Below, in pieces: positions 28,928 to 38,814 of a stretch of 64,000 bases of DNA. The stretch lies in contig NZ_BAABFP010000004.1 in assembly GCF_039541115.1 (NCBI RefSeq), forward strand, positions 496,001 to 560,000. Direction: 5' to 3'. Below the pieces are notes generated by a model, which had not been told where the DNA came from, did not search any database, and saw nothing but the letters and a program-made list of their open reading frames with translations. This DNA is from Angustibacter luteus. Lineage in GTDB: Bacteria > Actinomycetota > Actinomycetes > Actinomycetales > Angustibacteraceae. The position numbers and the translations under genes are program-made. Position 1 is the first letter of the stretch. Every line of letters begins with the position of its first letter.

Positions 28928-29001
28928 TGGAGCGGGTGACGGGAATCGAACCCGCACTGTCAGCTTGGGAAGCTGATGTTCTACCATTGAACTACACCCG
29001 C
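28928..29001 (-). tRNA. tRNA-Gly (anticodon CCC), encoded CCA
   Basis: Reverse complement GCGGGTGTAGTTCAATGGTAGAACATCAGCTTCCCAAGCTGACAGTGCGGGTTCGATTCCCGTCACCCGCTCCA folds into a cloverleaf. Confidence 0.97.
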
Positions 29002-29078
29002 GAGCGCCCCGAAGTGCGCGCAGCAGAGCATAACCGATCGCTCGGCTGGCCCGTGAGCGGCGCCTTCGGGGCCCCCGG

Positions 29079-30473
29079 TCAGCGAGAGACCTTGTCGGCC
29101 GACGCGGTGTCGCGCAGGTCGATGACCCGTTCGTACGTCGCGTCGTCCTCGATGTCCATCCGCGATCGGTCGGGCAGCAGCACGACGGCCACGATGGTGA
29201 TCACAGCGGAGATCGCGATGTACCCGGCGACCGCGTAGCCGGTGCCGAACGTGTGGATCAGCCAGACCGCGATCAGGGCGGCCGGGCCACCGGCGATCAC
29301 CGAGGACAGCTGGTAGCCGATGCCCGCGCCGCCGTAGCGCAGGTTGGTCGGGAAGCTCTCGGCGATCAGCGAGGCCTGCGGTCCGTACTGGATCGCGTGC
29401 GGGATGAGGCCGAGGCAGACGGCGACGAACACCAGCCACTCGACGCCGGAGTCGAGCAGCGCGAAGTACGCGAAACCCCACACGCCCATGATGGCGGCGC
29501 CCGTGAGGTAGACCTTCTTGCGGCCGATGTTGTCCGACAGGTGCCCGAAGACGGGGACCAGCACGAGCTCGAAGCCCGCCGCGATCATGGTGCCGATGAG
29601 CACGAAGTTGCGGGTGTACCCGTGGTCGTCGTCGGTCAGGTAGGACAGCACGAACGCCGTCACCACGTAGAACGGCATCTGCTCGGACATCCGGGCGAGC
29701 GCCGACAGGATGATCTCCTTCGGGTACCGCTTGACCACCTCGAGCACCGGCTGCTTGGCGATCGACTTCTCCTGCACCCGCTTGGCGAACATCGGCGTCT
29801 CGAGGATGGACAGCCGGATGTACAGGCCGATCGCGACCAGCACCAGGCTCAGCAGGAACGGGATGCGCCAACCCCAGGCCAGGAACTGCGCCTCCGTGGT
29901 GAGGTTGTTGAACAGCGTGAGCATCGCGGTGGCCAGGATCAGGCCGATGGCGACGCCGAGCTGCGGCCACGAGCCCATCAGGCCGCGGCGCTTCTGGTTG
30001 CCCCACTCCATCGAGAGCAGCACGGAGCCGCTCCACTCACCGCCGACGGCGACGCCCTGCAGGACGCGCAGCCCGATCAGCAGGATCGGTGCGAGCGAAC
30101 CCCAGGCCGCGGCGCCGGGCAGCGCCCCGATCAGGGTGGTGGCGGCGCCCATCATCAGCAGCGTGACGATCAGCGTGACCTTGCGGCCGATCCGGTCACC
30201 CCAGTGCCCGAAGATCGCGGCGCCGACGGGCCGGGCCGCGAAGCCCACGAAGTAGGTGGCGAACGACTCGAGGAGCCCGACGTAGTGCGAGGAGTCCGGG
30301 AAGAACACCTTGGGGAAGACCAGCGCCGCCGCGGTTCCGTAGAGGAAGTAGTCGTACCACTCGATGGTGGTGCCGACCGTGCTGGCGATGGCCGCCTTGC
30401 GGATCTGTCTGTCCTGCTCTGGGGTGCCTTGGGCCGCGGTGGCCGCGGCAGCGTTCTGGGGGTCCAGGGTCAT
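29079..30473 (-). CDS. MFS metabolite:H+ symporter (MHS/ShiA-like)
   Basis: [58 protein letters not shown]. Confidence 0.92.
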   Translation of the reverse strand: MTLDPQNAAAATAAQGTPEQDRQIRKAAIASTVGTTIEWYDYFLYGTAAALVFPKVFFPDSSHYVGLLESFATYFVGFAARPVGAAIFGHWGDRIGRKVTLIVTLLMMGAATTLIGALPGAAAWGSLAPILLIGLRVLQGVAVGGEWSGSVLLSMEWGNQKRRGLMGSWPQLGVAIGLILATAMLTLFNNLTTEAQFLAWGWRIPFLLSLVLVAIGLYIRLSILETPMFAKRVQEKSIAKQPVLEVVKRYPKEIILSALARMSEQMPFYVVTAFVLSYLTDDDHGYTRNFVLIGTMIAAGFELVLVPVFGHLSDNIGRKKVYLTGAAIMGVWGFAYFALLDSGVEWLVFVAVCLGLIPHAIQYGPQASLIAESFPTNLRYGGAGIGYQLSSVIAGGPAALIAVWLIHTFGTGYAVAGYIAISAVITIVAVVLLPDRSRMDIEDDATYERVIDLRDTASADKVSR

Positions 30474-30641
30474 CGTCGACCGCCTTCGTTCTCGCGCGTG
30501 GGTGAATTTGCCCTGACAATCACCATTGCACCGATCGTGATGACCGCAATTCGAGATCACCGGGTGCGCGAGACGGCCCGTGCGGGCGAGTCCGACGGAA
30601 TGCCGTGCTCAGCACCGGGGCCGGCCGGTTACCCTCGGTCC

Positions 30642-31217
30642 GTGCTCCTCAGTGACCGAGACATCCGGACCGAGATCGAGACCGGGCGGGTCGTGCTCGA
30701 CCCCTACGACGAGACGATGCTGCAGCCGTCGAGCGTCGACGTCCGGCTGGACCGGTACTTCCGGTTGTTCGACAACCACAAGTACCCGGTCATCGACCCG
30801 TCGGCCGACCAGCCCGACCTCACCCGGTTGGTGGAGGTCTCGGCGGACGACCCGTTCGTCCTGCACCCGGGCGAGTTCGTGCTCGGCTCGGTGTACGAGG
30901 CCGTGACGCTGCCGGACGACGTCGCCGCCCGGGTCGAGGGCAAGTCGAGCCTGGGCCGGCTGGGCCTGCTGACCCACGCGACGGCCGGCTTCATCGACCC
31001 CGGCTTCAGCGGGCACGTCACTCTCGAGCTGAGCAACGTCGCGACCCTGCCGATCCTGCTCTGGCCGGGCATGAAGGTCGGCCAGCTGTGCTTCTTCCGG
31101 CTGACCAGCGCGGCCGAGCACCCCTACGGCAGCGAGCGCTACGGCTCCCGCTACCAGGGGCAGCGCGGACCGACGGCCAGCCGGTCGTTCCAGAGCTTCC
31201 ACCGCACCCAGGTCTGA
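30642..31217 (+). CDS. dcd: dCTP deaminase
   Basis: [50 protein letters not shown]; leaderless GTG after -10 TACCCT. Confidence 0.96.
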   Translation: MLLSDRDIRTEIETGRVVLDPYDETMLQPSSVDVRLDRYFRLFDNHKYPVIDPSADQPDLTRLVEVSADDPFVLHPGEFVLGSVYEAVTLPDDVAARVEGKSSLGRLGLLTHATAGFIDPGFSGHVTLELSNVATLPILLWPGMKVGQLCFFRLTSAAEHPYGSERYGSRYQGQRGPTASRSFQSFHRTQV

Positions 31218-31232
31218 GCCCGGGCAGGCGCG

Positions 31233-32282
31233 ATGGCATGGTTCGGACGACGACGAGGCTCCGACGAGCCCACGCTCGAACAGCTGCGCCGCTGGCACCT
31301 GCTGCTGCTCCCGACCACGGTGGACGTCGGCCAGGTCGACCGCCTCATCCGCAACCGCTACCCGGACGCCCGGATCGCGGACACCCGACGGGCCCGGCTC
31401 GGCCGGCACGCGGCGATCAGCGGTCCGCACGAGCTCGAGGACGACGAGCTGCGGGCGGTGCAGGTGCCCGCGGGGTGGCGCACGGCCTACGCCCTCGAGG
31501 TCGAGGCCGAACCCGACCCGGACGCGTTCGAGGACATCGGTGACCCGGTGCTGCGTGCCTGGTGGATGCGCGCGTTCCCACGCGGCAAGCCGTTCCGCGA
31601 CGAGGGGGACGCCGTCGACCTGGCGCTCGCCCTGGCCCGTCGGCTGGGCGGCGCCGTGCGGGCGGCCGGCAGCGGCGTCCTGCTCGAACCGGACCACGAC
31701 CGCCTGCTCGACCTGACCGTCTGGTCCGGCTACTGGCTCGGTCCCGACCGGCTCCTGGAGCTGCTCGGCCCGGTGCTGCCGGGCGCCGAGGTGAACCTGG
31801 CGGTGCACGGTCGGCACGAGGCGCCGCACCACGACACCCCGTGGTCAGTCGACCCGCTGGACCCGCTCGGCGCCGACCTCGAGCACGCCCTCGGCGAGCC
31901 GGACCACGAGATCATCGACGAGGTCGCCCGCCAGCACGACGCCCGCGCCCTGGCCGGCGGGGTGGTGCTGGACGGGTACGCGCTGACCGCGCACGGCAGC
32001 CTCGTGGTCGAGGTGATCCAGGAGGACGCCGTGCCCATCTGGGTGCGCGAGCGGGTGTCCGGGCAGCTGCTCGACGCGACGAACCCGGTGGTGACCTACG
32101 CCGTGCGCTGGGTCACCCACGACCCGCACGTCCTGGAGTCCGAGGACCCGCCGTACGCCGTCCGGCTCGAGCGCGAACGCCTGCGGCCGCAGATGCGGGC
32201 TGCGGCGCTCAGCATCGCGGAGGCCAGCGCCGGGGTCGTCAGCGACAGCGCCGGTTTCGAGGTGGATCGCTACTCGCTCTGA
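31233..32282 (+). CDS. Hypothetical protein, probably co-transcribed with dcd
   Basis: 349-aa ORF with typical codon bias, starting 15 nt after the dcd stop; no motif recognised. Confidence 0.7.
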   Translation: MAWFGRRRGSDEPTLEQLRRWHLLLLPTTVDVGQVDRLIRNRYPDARIADTRRARLGRHAAISGPHELEDDELRAVQVPAGWRTAYALEVEAEPDPDAFEDIGDPVLRAWWMRAFPRGKPFRDEGDAVDLALALARRLGGAVRAAGSGVLLEPDHDRLLDLTVWSGYWLGPDRLLELLGPVLPGAEVNLAVHGRHEAPHHDTPWSVDPLDPLGADLEHALGEPDHEIIDEVARQHDARALAGGVVLDGYALTAHGSLVVEVIQEDAVPIWVRERVSGQLLDATNPVVTYAVRWVTHDPHVLESEDPPYAVRLERERLRPQMRAAALSIAEASAGVVSDSAGFEVDRYSL

Positions 32283-32343
32283 GGACCCTTGCTGGCTCGC
32301 CCGCGCACCGGTACACCTGTACTGGCGGCGGAAGGAGCTGGCC

Positions 32344-33000
32344 ATGGACACCTGGGCCTGGGATGCCCCGAAGTGGATCCTCCGCCTGCTCGTCGTCCTC
32401 ACGCTGGTCGGCTGGGTGGTGCTCGCGGTCGTCTTCGGGTCGGTCAGCGTCTTCGGGTCGGCCAGCCCGAGGATCGGTTGGAAGCTCGTCGTGACGTCCG
32501 GGGCCAGCGTCGCCCTCGCCCTGGCCGTCGTGGCGGTGGCCGTGCAGTCGTTCGTCGGCAACGACCGCGGCCTGTCCGGCGCACAGCTGGCGTCCTTGGC
32601 GAAGCTGGCCGGCGCGAACGCATCCGACCGCGGCACCGACGCCGTCAAGACCGTCTACAGCTGGCGCGAGGACCAGTGGCGTCAGCTCGCGCGCGGGGCC
32701 GCCGGAGTGGTGGTCGCGCTGCTCGTGGCCATCGTCCCGCTGCTGCTGAAGGCCCCGACGGTCGAGAACGTCTACTCCGTCCCTCCCGCCGCCGGCCAGC
32801 TGGCCGGCGGAGTGGCGGTGCTGAACGGGCTGCCGCTCACCCAGACCACGGTCTCCAGCGGCAGCACCGCCTTCCCGCCCGCCCTCTGGGTGGCGCTCGC
32901 AGATCTGCTGCTGCTCGCCGTCCTGGCCATGATGTTCGCGCGCGGAGCGCACCGCTCGTACATCCGTGACATCGCCACGCTCGCCGAGAAGGACACGTGA
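32344..33000 (+). CDS. Hypothetical membrane protein (about 4 TM)
   Basis: AAGGAG RBS; hydrophobic segments. Confidence 0.65.
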   Translation: MDTWAWDAPKWILRLLVVLTLVGWVVLAVVFGSVSVFGSASPRIGWKLVVTSGASVALALAVVAVAVQSFVGNDRGLSGAQLASLAKLAGANASDRGTDAVKTVYSWREDQWRQLARGAAGVVVALLVAIVPLLLKAPTVENVYSVPPAAGQLAGGVAVLNGLPLTQTTVSSGSTAFPPALWVALADLLLLAVLAMMFARGAHRSYIRDIATLAEKDT

Positions 33001-33632
33001 TGGGTTCGTACGCCGGGAGCCTGGCGACTGTCGTCGCCCTCCTGGTGACCGCCGCCGCGGCTGCCGCGCTGGCCGCCGCCGTCACCTTGATCGCGGCCAG
33101 TGTGCGCAGGCGTCGGACGCTGGAGTGGGCCAGCGCGACCGCGGCCCAGCTCGGTCGCGCGATGTCCGAGCCCCACGAGGGTGCCGCACCGACGGTGGAC
33201 GAGGAACCCCACGCGGCTGGTCGGCCCGCGACGCTTCGAGATCGCCGGCCCCAGGAGTGGGCCGACCTGCGCGTGCTCCGGTCCGGCGGGTCCGCGATCC
33301 CTGCCCTCGACGAGCTGGATGGCATGCCCACGGAGCTGGTCACGTGGGCCGCTGCGCACGGGCCGGAGTCCGTTCGCAGGGACCTGCCGGTGGCGATGGA
33401 CCTGCTTGCAGTGGACCGGGACGTGCGCTCGCACCCTGCGGCGGGGGACGAGCCCGACGAGTCACTCGCGCCGCCGCCTGATCCGCTGCCACCGCAGCCC
33501 GACGACGGCGAAGTGGAGCCATCGACGGAGGAGCAGCGGTTGGCGAGACAGCGGCAGATCGCTGCCGACCGGATCGCGATGCTGAAGCGGATTGCCGCCA
33601 GGACCGGCAGCAAGTCGTTGAAGCCGGAGTGA
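32997..33632 (+). CDS. Hypothetical protein with N-terminal TM anchor
   Basis: GTGA overlap with the upstream gene; AAGGA RBS; weaker codon bias. Confidence 0.55.
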   Translation: MMGSYAGSLATVVALLVTAAAAAALAAAVTLIAASVRRRRTLEWASATAAQLGRAMSEPHEGAAPTVDEEPHAAGRPATLRDRRPQEWADLRVLRSGGSAIPALDELDGMPTELVTWAAAHGPESVRRDLPVAMDLLAVDRDVRSHPAAGDEPDESLAPPPDPLPPQPDDGEVEPSTEEQRLARQRQIAADRIAMLKRIAARTGSKSLKPE

Positions 33633-33669
33633 GCGGCCCGCATCGCGTTGCGGTCCGGCGGCCGGGCGG

Positions 33670-34566
33670 TCAGGCGATCAGGCGGGTCCGGCGCCACAGC
33701 CGCATCGTCGGCCCGCCCATCAGGCCGAGGTCGTCGAGGAAGCCGGTGAGCTGGCTGGCGCTGCTGCGCAGCTGCTCGGCGTAGTGCTCGTTGCCCGCCG
33801 CAGCTTCCTTGGCGCGCAACGGGTCCAGGTCGACGGCCGCGTACACGCCGGGATGCACGAGGTTGCTCACGATGACGTCGGCGACGATCGCGATGACGGC
33901 CCGGTGCCGGCGGCGCTGCGCCGGCGACAGGTGCGGCGCCCGGCGGGCGAGCTCCTCGCGGGCGAAGCGCATGTGCCGCGCCTCCTCGAGGACGTGGATC
34001 CGGCTGACCTCGCGGGACAGCGGCTGCACCCGCTCGTCCCGGATGAGGTCGCGTTGCAGGATGTCCAGCACCTCCTCGGCCACCAGGATCGCGGCGTAGG
34101 CGGCCGGGCCGTAACCGATCGTCTTGAACAGCCGACCGAGACGTCGTCCGGCCTTCGACGGTCCGTACGCCGGGCACCCGTAGGCCGAAGCCATCCGCGC
34201 GAACATCACGGAGTGCCGGCACTCGTCGCCGATCTCGGTGAGCGCGAACTGCACGTGCGGCAGCGATGGGTCGTCGTCGTAGACGTCCCGCAGCACCAGC
34301 TGCATCAGGATCATCTCGAACCAGATCCCGACGCCGCTGATGGACGCGAACTCGTGCTGGGTGAGGCGGACCTGCTGCTGCGGGCTCAGCTCGTCCCACA
34401 GCGGGGTCCCGTAGAGCGAGGACCACTCGGGGCTCATCCCGTGCAGGTCGGGCGCGAGCGGCGCCTGCCAGTCGAGGGCCACGTTCGGGTCGAAGGACGC
34501 CTTGGCGGAGGACGCCAGCAGGCGGGTGGGGACGACCTCTCGGTCGGTGCGGGCAGTGACCGGCAC
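33670..34566 (-). CDS. AurF-like diiron oxygenase
   Basis: SLYGTPLW, GIWFE, TEIGDECRHS, LVAEE, IHVLEEARH; GGAGG RBS. Confidence 0.88.
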   Translation of the reverse strand: MPVTARTDREVVPTRLLASSAKASFDPNVALDWQAPLAPDLHGMSPEWSSLYGTPLWDELSPQQQVRLTQHEFASISGVGIWFEMILMQLVLRDVYDDDPSLPHVQFALTEIGDECRHSVMFARMASAYGCPAYGPSKAGRRLGRLFKTIGYGPAAYAAILVAEEVLDILQRDLIRDERVQPLSREVSRIHVLEEARHMRFAREELARRAPHLSPAQRRRHRAVIAIVADVIVSNLVHPGVYAAVDLDPLRAKEAAAGNEHYAEQLRSSASQLTGFLDDLGLMGGPTMRLWRRTRLIA

Positions 34567-34626
34567 GGTTCCTCCATCCGGGTAGGAAAGTAACTGTGAA
34601 CTATGTTTACTGCTAATCTGGTTCGC

Positions 34627-35286
34627 ATGCAAGAGGGAGCGCGGACGTCGAGTCCGGACGGCCGCCGTCAGCGCTGGGTCGAGCACCGCCGGGAACGTCG
34701 GCAGGAGTTCGTCCAGGGGGCGCTCGCCGCGGTCCGACAGCACGGCGCCGACACCGGGCTCGACGAGGTCGCGGCGTCGGTCGGCGTCTCCAAGTCCGTG
34801 GTGTACCGGCACTTCGCGGACCGCGAGGACCTCTTCGGCGCCGTCCTGGACGCCATTGCCGACGACGTCCTGATGCCCCGCATCCTCGGCGCCCTCGGCG
34901 AGGCCGCGCAGGCGACGTCCGAGCAGCTGAGCCTGGACGCCGACACCGTGCGGCGCGTCGTCCGGGCCTTCATCGCCGTGGTCGACGAGGAGCCGCAGCT
35001 GTACCGGTTCGCCCTGGCGCGCGCGTCGTCCGGCCTCGACGGCGACTTCGTCGCCTCGACCGAGCGGCAGATCGCCCAGGCGCTGTCCGCGCTGCTCGGC
35101 GACCGGCTGCGCGAGCTCGGCCGCGACTCCGGCGGCGCCGAGGTGTGGGCGTTCGGCGTGGTCGGCATGGTGCAGCTGGCCACCCAGCGCTGGTTCGACC
35201 AGCGCAGCATGACCGCCGACGCGCTCGCGGACTACCTGACGGTCCTGGCGACCGGGGGCCTGTCCGGCGTCCTCAGCCCACCCTGA
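34627..35286 (+). CDS. TetR-family regulator
   Basis: DGRRQRW..HR, GLDEVAASVGVSKSVVYRHF.D; divergent from the AurF-like gene. Confidence 0.9.
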   Translation: MQEGARTSSPDGRRQRWVEHRRERRQEFVQGALAAVRQHGADTGLDEVAASVGVSKSVVYRHFADREDLFGAVLDAIADDVLMPRILGALGEAAQATSEQLSLDADTVRRVVRAFIAVVDEEPQLYRFALARASSGLDGDFVASTERQIAQALSALLGDRLRELGRDSGGAEVWAFGVVGMVQLATQRWFDQRSMTADALADYLTVLATGGLSGVLSPP

Positions 35287-35301
35287 CCGCCGCCCCGCCC
35301 A

Positions 35302-35395
35302 CGTTGTTGATCACGTTAAGTGGGCGCAGACCCGCTTCCCGAGGCGAACAACCCTCGAGAAGCGGTCGCCGACCCACCTCACGTGATCAACAACG
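35302..35395. repeat. Long imperfect palindrome (family C) between convergent genes
   Basis: Perfect 15-bp arms CGTTGTTGATCACGT/ACGTGATCAACAACG, plus inner pairing GTGGG/CCCAC and CCGCTTC/GAAGCGG. Confidence 0.8.
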
Positions 35396-35452
35396 GATGG
35401 CCGGACGGCGGGGCCCGGCGGGGCGCGGCGGGGCGCGGTGCGGCGGCGGCCG

Positions 35453-37801
35453 TCAGACCGGGGAGGGCTCGGGCTCGGCGGCCGGCTGCGGGTCCTGTCC
35501 ACGGCGGACGGCGGCGAGCAGCATCTGCGCGACGTCGACCACCTCGACCTCCTCGCGGGCGGAGCCGTCGGCCTGCTGGGCGGCGAGCCCGTCGCTCATC
35601 ATGACGCGGCAGAACGGGCAGCCGATCGCGATCTTGTCGGCCCCGGTGGCGACGGCCTCGGCGGTCCGGTTGGTGTTGATCCGGGTGCCGAGCGTCTCCT
35701 CCATCCACATCCGTGCACCGCCTGCCCCGCAGCAGAACGAGCGCTCCTTGCTGCGCTCCATCTCGCGGTACTCCACGCCGGGCAGCGCGCCGATCAGCTC
35801 GCGCGGCGCCTCGTAGACGTTGTTGTGCCGACCCAGGTAGCACGGGTCGTGGTAGGTGATCGGCGTGCCCGCGGCGGTCACGCCGTCCTTCGCGGCGGGC
35901 TGGTCGGCGGGCGGCGCGACCGGCACGAGGCGCTTGTCGCGGACAAGCCGGTTGAGCAGCTGCGTGTGGTGCACGACCTCGTAGTTCCCGCCCAGCTGCG
36001 GGTACTCGTTGGACAGCGTGTTGAAGCAGTGCGCGCAGGTCACCACGATCTTCTGCGCGCCGAGCTCGTTGAGCACCTCGACGTTCGGCTGGGCGAGCAT
36101 CTGGAACAGGAACTCGTTGCCGGCGCGGCGGGCCGGGTCACCGGTGCAGGACTCGCCGTCGCCGAGCACCGCGAAGTCGACCCCGGCGGTGTGCAGCAGC
36201 TCGGCCACGGCCCGCGTGGTCTTCTTCGCGCGGTCCTCGAAGGCACCGGCGCAGCCCACCCAGAACAGGTACTCGACGTCGGCCAGGCTCTCGACGTCCT
36301 GACCGACCTGCTTGACCTCGAACGGCAGGTCCTTGGCCCAGTCCAGCCGCGCGCGGGGGTTCATGCCCCACGGGTTCTGGTTGTTCTCCAGGTTCTTGAA
36401 CAGCCCGCCGAGCTCGCTCGGGAACGCCGACTCGATCAGCACCTGGTAGCGGCGCATGTCGACGATGTGGTCGACGTGCTCGATGTCCACCGGGCACTGC
36501 TCGACGCAGGCGCCGCAGGTGGTGCAGCTCCACAGCACGTCCGGGTCGATGACGCCCAGCTCGGCCGCGCCCCGCCCGTCCGGGTTGTACGCGCCCAGCA
36601 TGTCCGGCGCGTCGCCGGCGCCGTAGCCGGTGGCGCCGATCAGCGGGCGCTCGTGGGCGGCCCGGACCTTGGCGTCGAACTCGGACAGCTCGGGGGCGAC
36701 GCCCTCGAGCGGCTGGCCGGTCTTCGCCGCCAGGTACGTCGGGTTGGCCAGCGCCTGCAGGTACGGCGCCTTCTCGTGCGCGTGGTCCCGCAGCGCCATC
36801 ATCAACAGCTTGGGGGACAACGGCTTGTCGGTGTTCCAGGCCGGGCACTGGCTCTGGCAGCGGCCGCACTCGGTGCAGGTGCTGAAGTCGAGCAGGCCCT
36901 TCCAGGTGAAGTCCTCGACCTTGCCCACGCCCAGGGCGGCGTCCTCGTCCAGCTCGTCGATGTTCTCGAAGTCGACTGGCTCGCCGTTGACCGCGATCGG
37001 CTGCAGCGCACCGAGGCTGGTGCGGCCATCGGCGTTGCGCTTGAACCAGATGTTGAAGAACGCCAGGAACCGGTGCCACGCCACCCCCATCGCCGGCTGC
37101 AGCGCCACCGTGATGAACCAGGCCATCGAGATCAGGATCTTCAGCGTGGCGACCACGATGATCGCGTTCTCGAGCCCGTCCTGGGTCAAGGCGTCACCCG
37201 TGCCGAGCCAGGACGTCGTCGGGAAGTGCAGGTGGGTGGCCCAGTCGCTCCCCTCGGTCTGGCCCAGCCAGTACTCCAGGAAGCGCAGGCTCAGCACGCA
37301 CAGGACGACGCCGAGGATGGTCGCCTCGACGTAGTAGGCCTGCCACCACGTGGAACCGAAGAACCGCGAGCGCCGCCCGTCGGCCTTCGCGAACCGCGGG
37401 TGGTTCTTCTGCCGGATCGCGATCAGCACCAGGATGCCCGCGAGCGACAGCCAGGCGATCGCCTCGACGGCCCACTCGTAGAGGAAGAAGTGGCCGATCA
37501 GCGGCAGGGCGAAGTGCGGGTCGAACACCTGCCCGTAGGCGGTGAGCAGCGAGAAGAACAGGACGCCGAACGACACCATCACGAACCAGTGGGCGGCGGC
37601 GACGACGGGCAGCCGGGCCATCCGGGTGTGGCCGAGGAACTCGCGCAGCAGGGTCACCGTGCGGGTGGCCGGCGCGTTGGTGCGGCGTGGGTCGGGCTGG
37701 CCGACCCGGATGCGGCTGGCGATCGTGCCCACGGTGCGCGCGAACAGGGCGACGCCGATCACCGTGACGACGATGACCAGGATGGCGGCGGCGACCTGCA
37801 T
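35453..37801 (-). CDS. Membrane-bound Fe-S oxidoreductase with CCG domains (FadF/GlpC/HdrD-like)
   Basis: N-terminal TMs; CTECGRCQSQCP, CTTCGACVEQCP; WVGC, TCAHC, HDPCYLGR, CCGAGG, GCPFC. Confidence 0.92.
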   Translation of the reverse strand: MQVAAAILVIVVTVIGVALFARTVGTIASRIRVGQPDPRRTNAPATRTVTLLREFLGHTRMARLPVVAAAHWFVMVSFGVLFFSLLTAYGQVFDPHFALPLIGHFFLYEWAVEAIAWLSLAGILVLIAIRQKNHPRFAKADGRRSRFFGSTWWQAYYVEATILGVVLCVLSLRFLEYWLGQTEGSDWATHLHFPTTSWLGTGDALTQDGLENAIIVVATLKILISMAWFITVALQPAMGVAWHRFLAFFNIWFKRNADGRTSLGALQPIAVNGEPVDFENIDELDEDAALGVGKVEDFTWKGLLDFSTCTECGRCQSQCPAWNTDKPLSPKLLMMALRDHAHEKAPYLQALANPTYLAAKTGQPLEGVAPELSEFDAKVRAAHERPLIGATGYGAGDAPDMLGAYNPDGRGAAELGVIDPDVLWSCTTCGACVEQCPVDIEHVDHIVDMRRYQVLIESAFPSELGGLFKNLENNQNPWGMNPRARLDWAKDLPFEVKQVGQDVESLADVEYLFWVGCAGAFEDRAKKTTRAVAELLHTAGVDFAVLGDGESCTGDPARRAGNEFLFQMLAQPNVEVLNELGAQKIVVTCAHCFNTLSNEYPQLGGNYEVVHHTQLLNRLVRDKRLVPVAPPADQPAAKDGVTAAGTPITYHDPCYLGRHNNVYEAPRELIGALPGVEYREMERSKERSFCCGAGGARMWMEETLGTRINTNRTAEAVATGADKIAIGCPFCRVMMSDGLAAQQADGSAREEVEVVDVAQMLLAAVRRGQDPQPAAEPEPSPV

Positions 37802-37899
37802 GGGTCCTCCTGTCGGCGGGGCTGTGGCTCTGCTGCGGGGTCCTGCGTCTGCGGTGCCGAGGCTAGTGCGAAGCGCCTGCCAGCGGCGGTCCGGGCAGT

Positions 37900-37914
37900 C
37901 TACTGGCGGGTAAC
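37900..37914. promoter_or_regulatory. Dyad operator candidate upstream of the Fe-S oxidoreductase
   Basis: CTACTGGCGGGTAAC (TAC-N6-GTA dyad). Confidence 0.35.
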
Positions 37915-38029
37915 TTACGCGGCCAGGCGATGTGACGAGTGCCACCGACAGGACTCGGGACGCGGGCCGACGGGGGCTGAGCGGGCCGGGCCCGGCGCCG
38001 CCCCGCGAGTCCTGCTGGTCCGGCGGGCA

Positions 38030-38803
38030 TCAGTGCGCCGGCCGACCGCCGATGCGCCGGCTGAGCGAGTCGGCCACCTCACGCAGCCGGTCGGCGAGCG
38101 CCCCGGGGTCCGCGTCGGCGTCCTGCGCGGCGTAGGTGATCGCCAGCCCCGCGGTGGGGTGGCCGGCGTGGTCGAGCACCGCGCTCGCCACGCTGGCGAA
38201 CCCGGGGGTGACCTCGCCGTCCTCGAGCGCGTACCCGCGGGCCCGCACGTCGACCAGCAACCCGCGCAAGGCTGAGAGCGAGGTCGGCCCGAGCCCGTGC
38301 CGCTGGACGAACGCGCCCCGGTCCGGGAACAGCGCCCGCACCTGGGCGGGCGGCAGCGCGGCCAGCATCGCCCGCCCGGACGCGGCCAGCTGGGCCGGCA
38401 ACCGCACCCCGACGTCGGTCACCAGCGTCGGTCGGCCCCTCGCGCGCTCCTCCACGACGTACAGCACCTCGCGTCCGTGCAGCACGGCCAGGTGGGCGCT
38501 CTGCCCGACGGAGTCCACCAGCCGCGCCAGCAGCGGCCGGGCCAGCCGGGCCAGCGCGTCCTGGTGGGTGTACGCCGACCCGACCTCGAACGCCGTCACG
38601 CCCAGCCCGTAGCGCCGCTCCTCGGGCAGGTGGACGACGAATCCGGCCTCGGTCAGCACGCCGAGCAGGTGGTACGTCGTCGACCGGGGCAGGCCCAGAT
38701 CGCTCGCGATCCGGCCGGCCGGCTGAGGGCCGGCCCGCCGAGCCAGGTGGGTCAGGATCGCTAGGGTCTGCTCGGCGGCGGGCACCCGCGACGCGCCGCT
38801 CAC
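38030..38803 (-). CDS. hutR: IclR-family regulator of histidine utilisation
   Basis: VPAAEQTLAIL, LGLPRSTTYHLL, RRYGLG, LVTDVGVRLPA; hut context. Confidence 0.82.
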   Translation of the reverse strand: MSGASRVPAAEQTLAILTHLARRAGPQPAGRIASDLGLPRSTTYHLLGVLTEAGFVVHLPEERRYGLGVTAFEVGSAYTHQDALARLARPLLARLVDSVGQSAHLAVLHGREVLYVVEERARGRPTLVTDVGVRLPAQLAASGRAMLAALPPAQVRALFPDRGAFVQRHGLGPTSLSALRGLLVDVRARGYALEDGEVTPGFASVASAVLDHAGHPTAGLAITYAAQDADADPGALADRLREVADSLSRRIGGRPAH

Positions 38804-38814
38804 GGGAGGCGACC

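Noticed and set aside
28927..29238. 103-aa ORF beginning MERVTGIEPA
   Set aside because: It is the antisense reading of the tRNA-Gly gene.
35438..38275. 945-aa plus-strand ORF
   Set aside because: Antisense to the Fe-S oxidoreductase and hutR, with the composition typical of a shadow frame. The same applies to most Arg/Pro/Gly-rich ORFs in the track.
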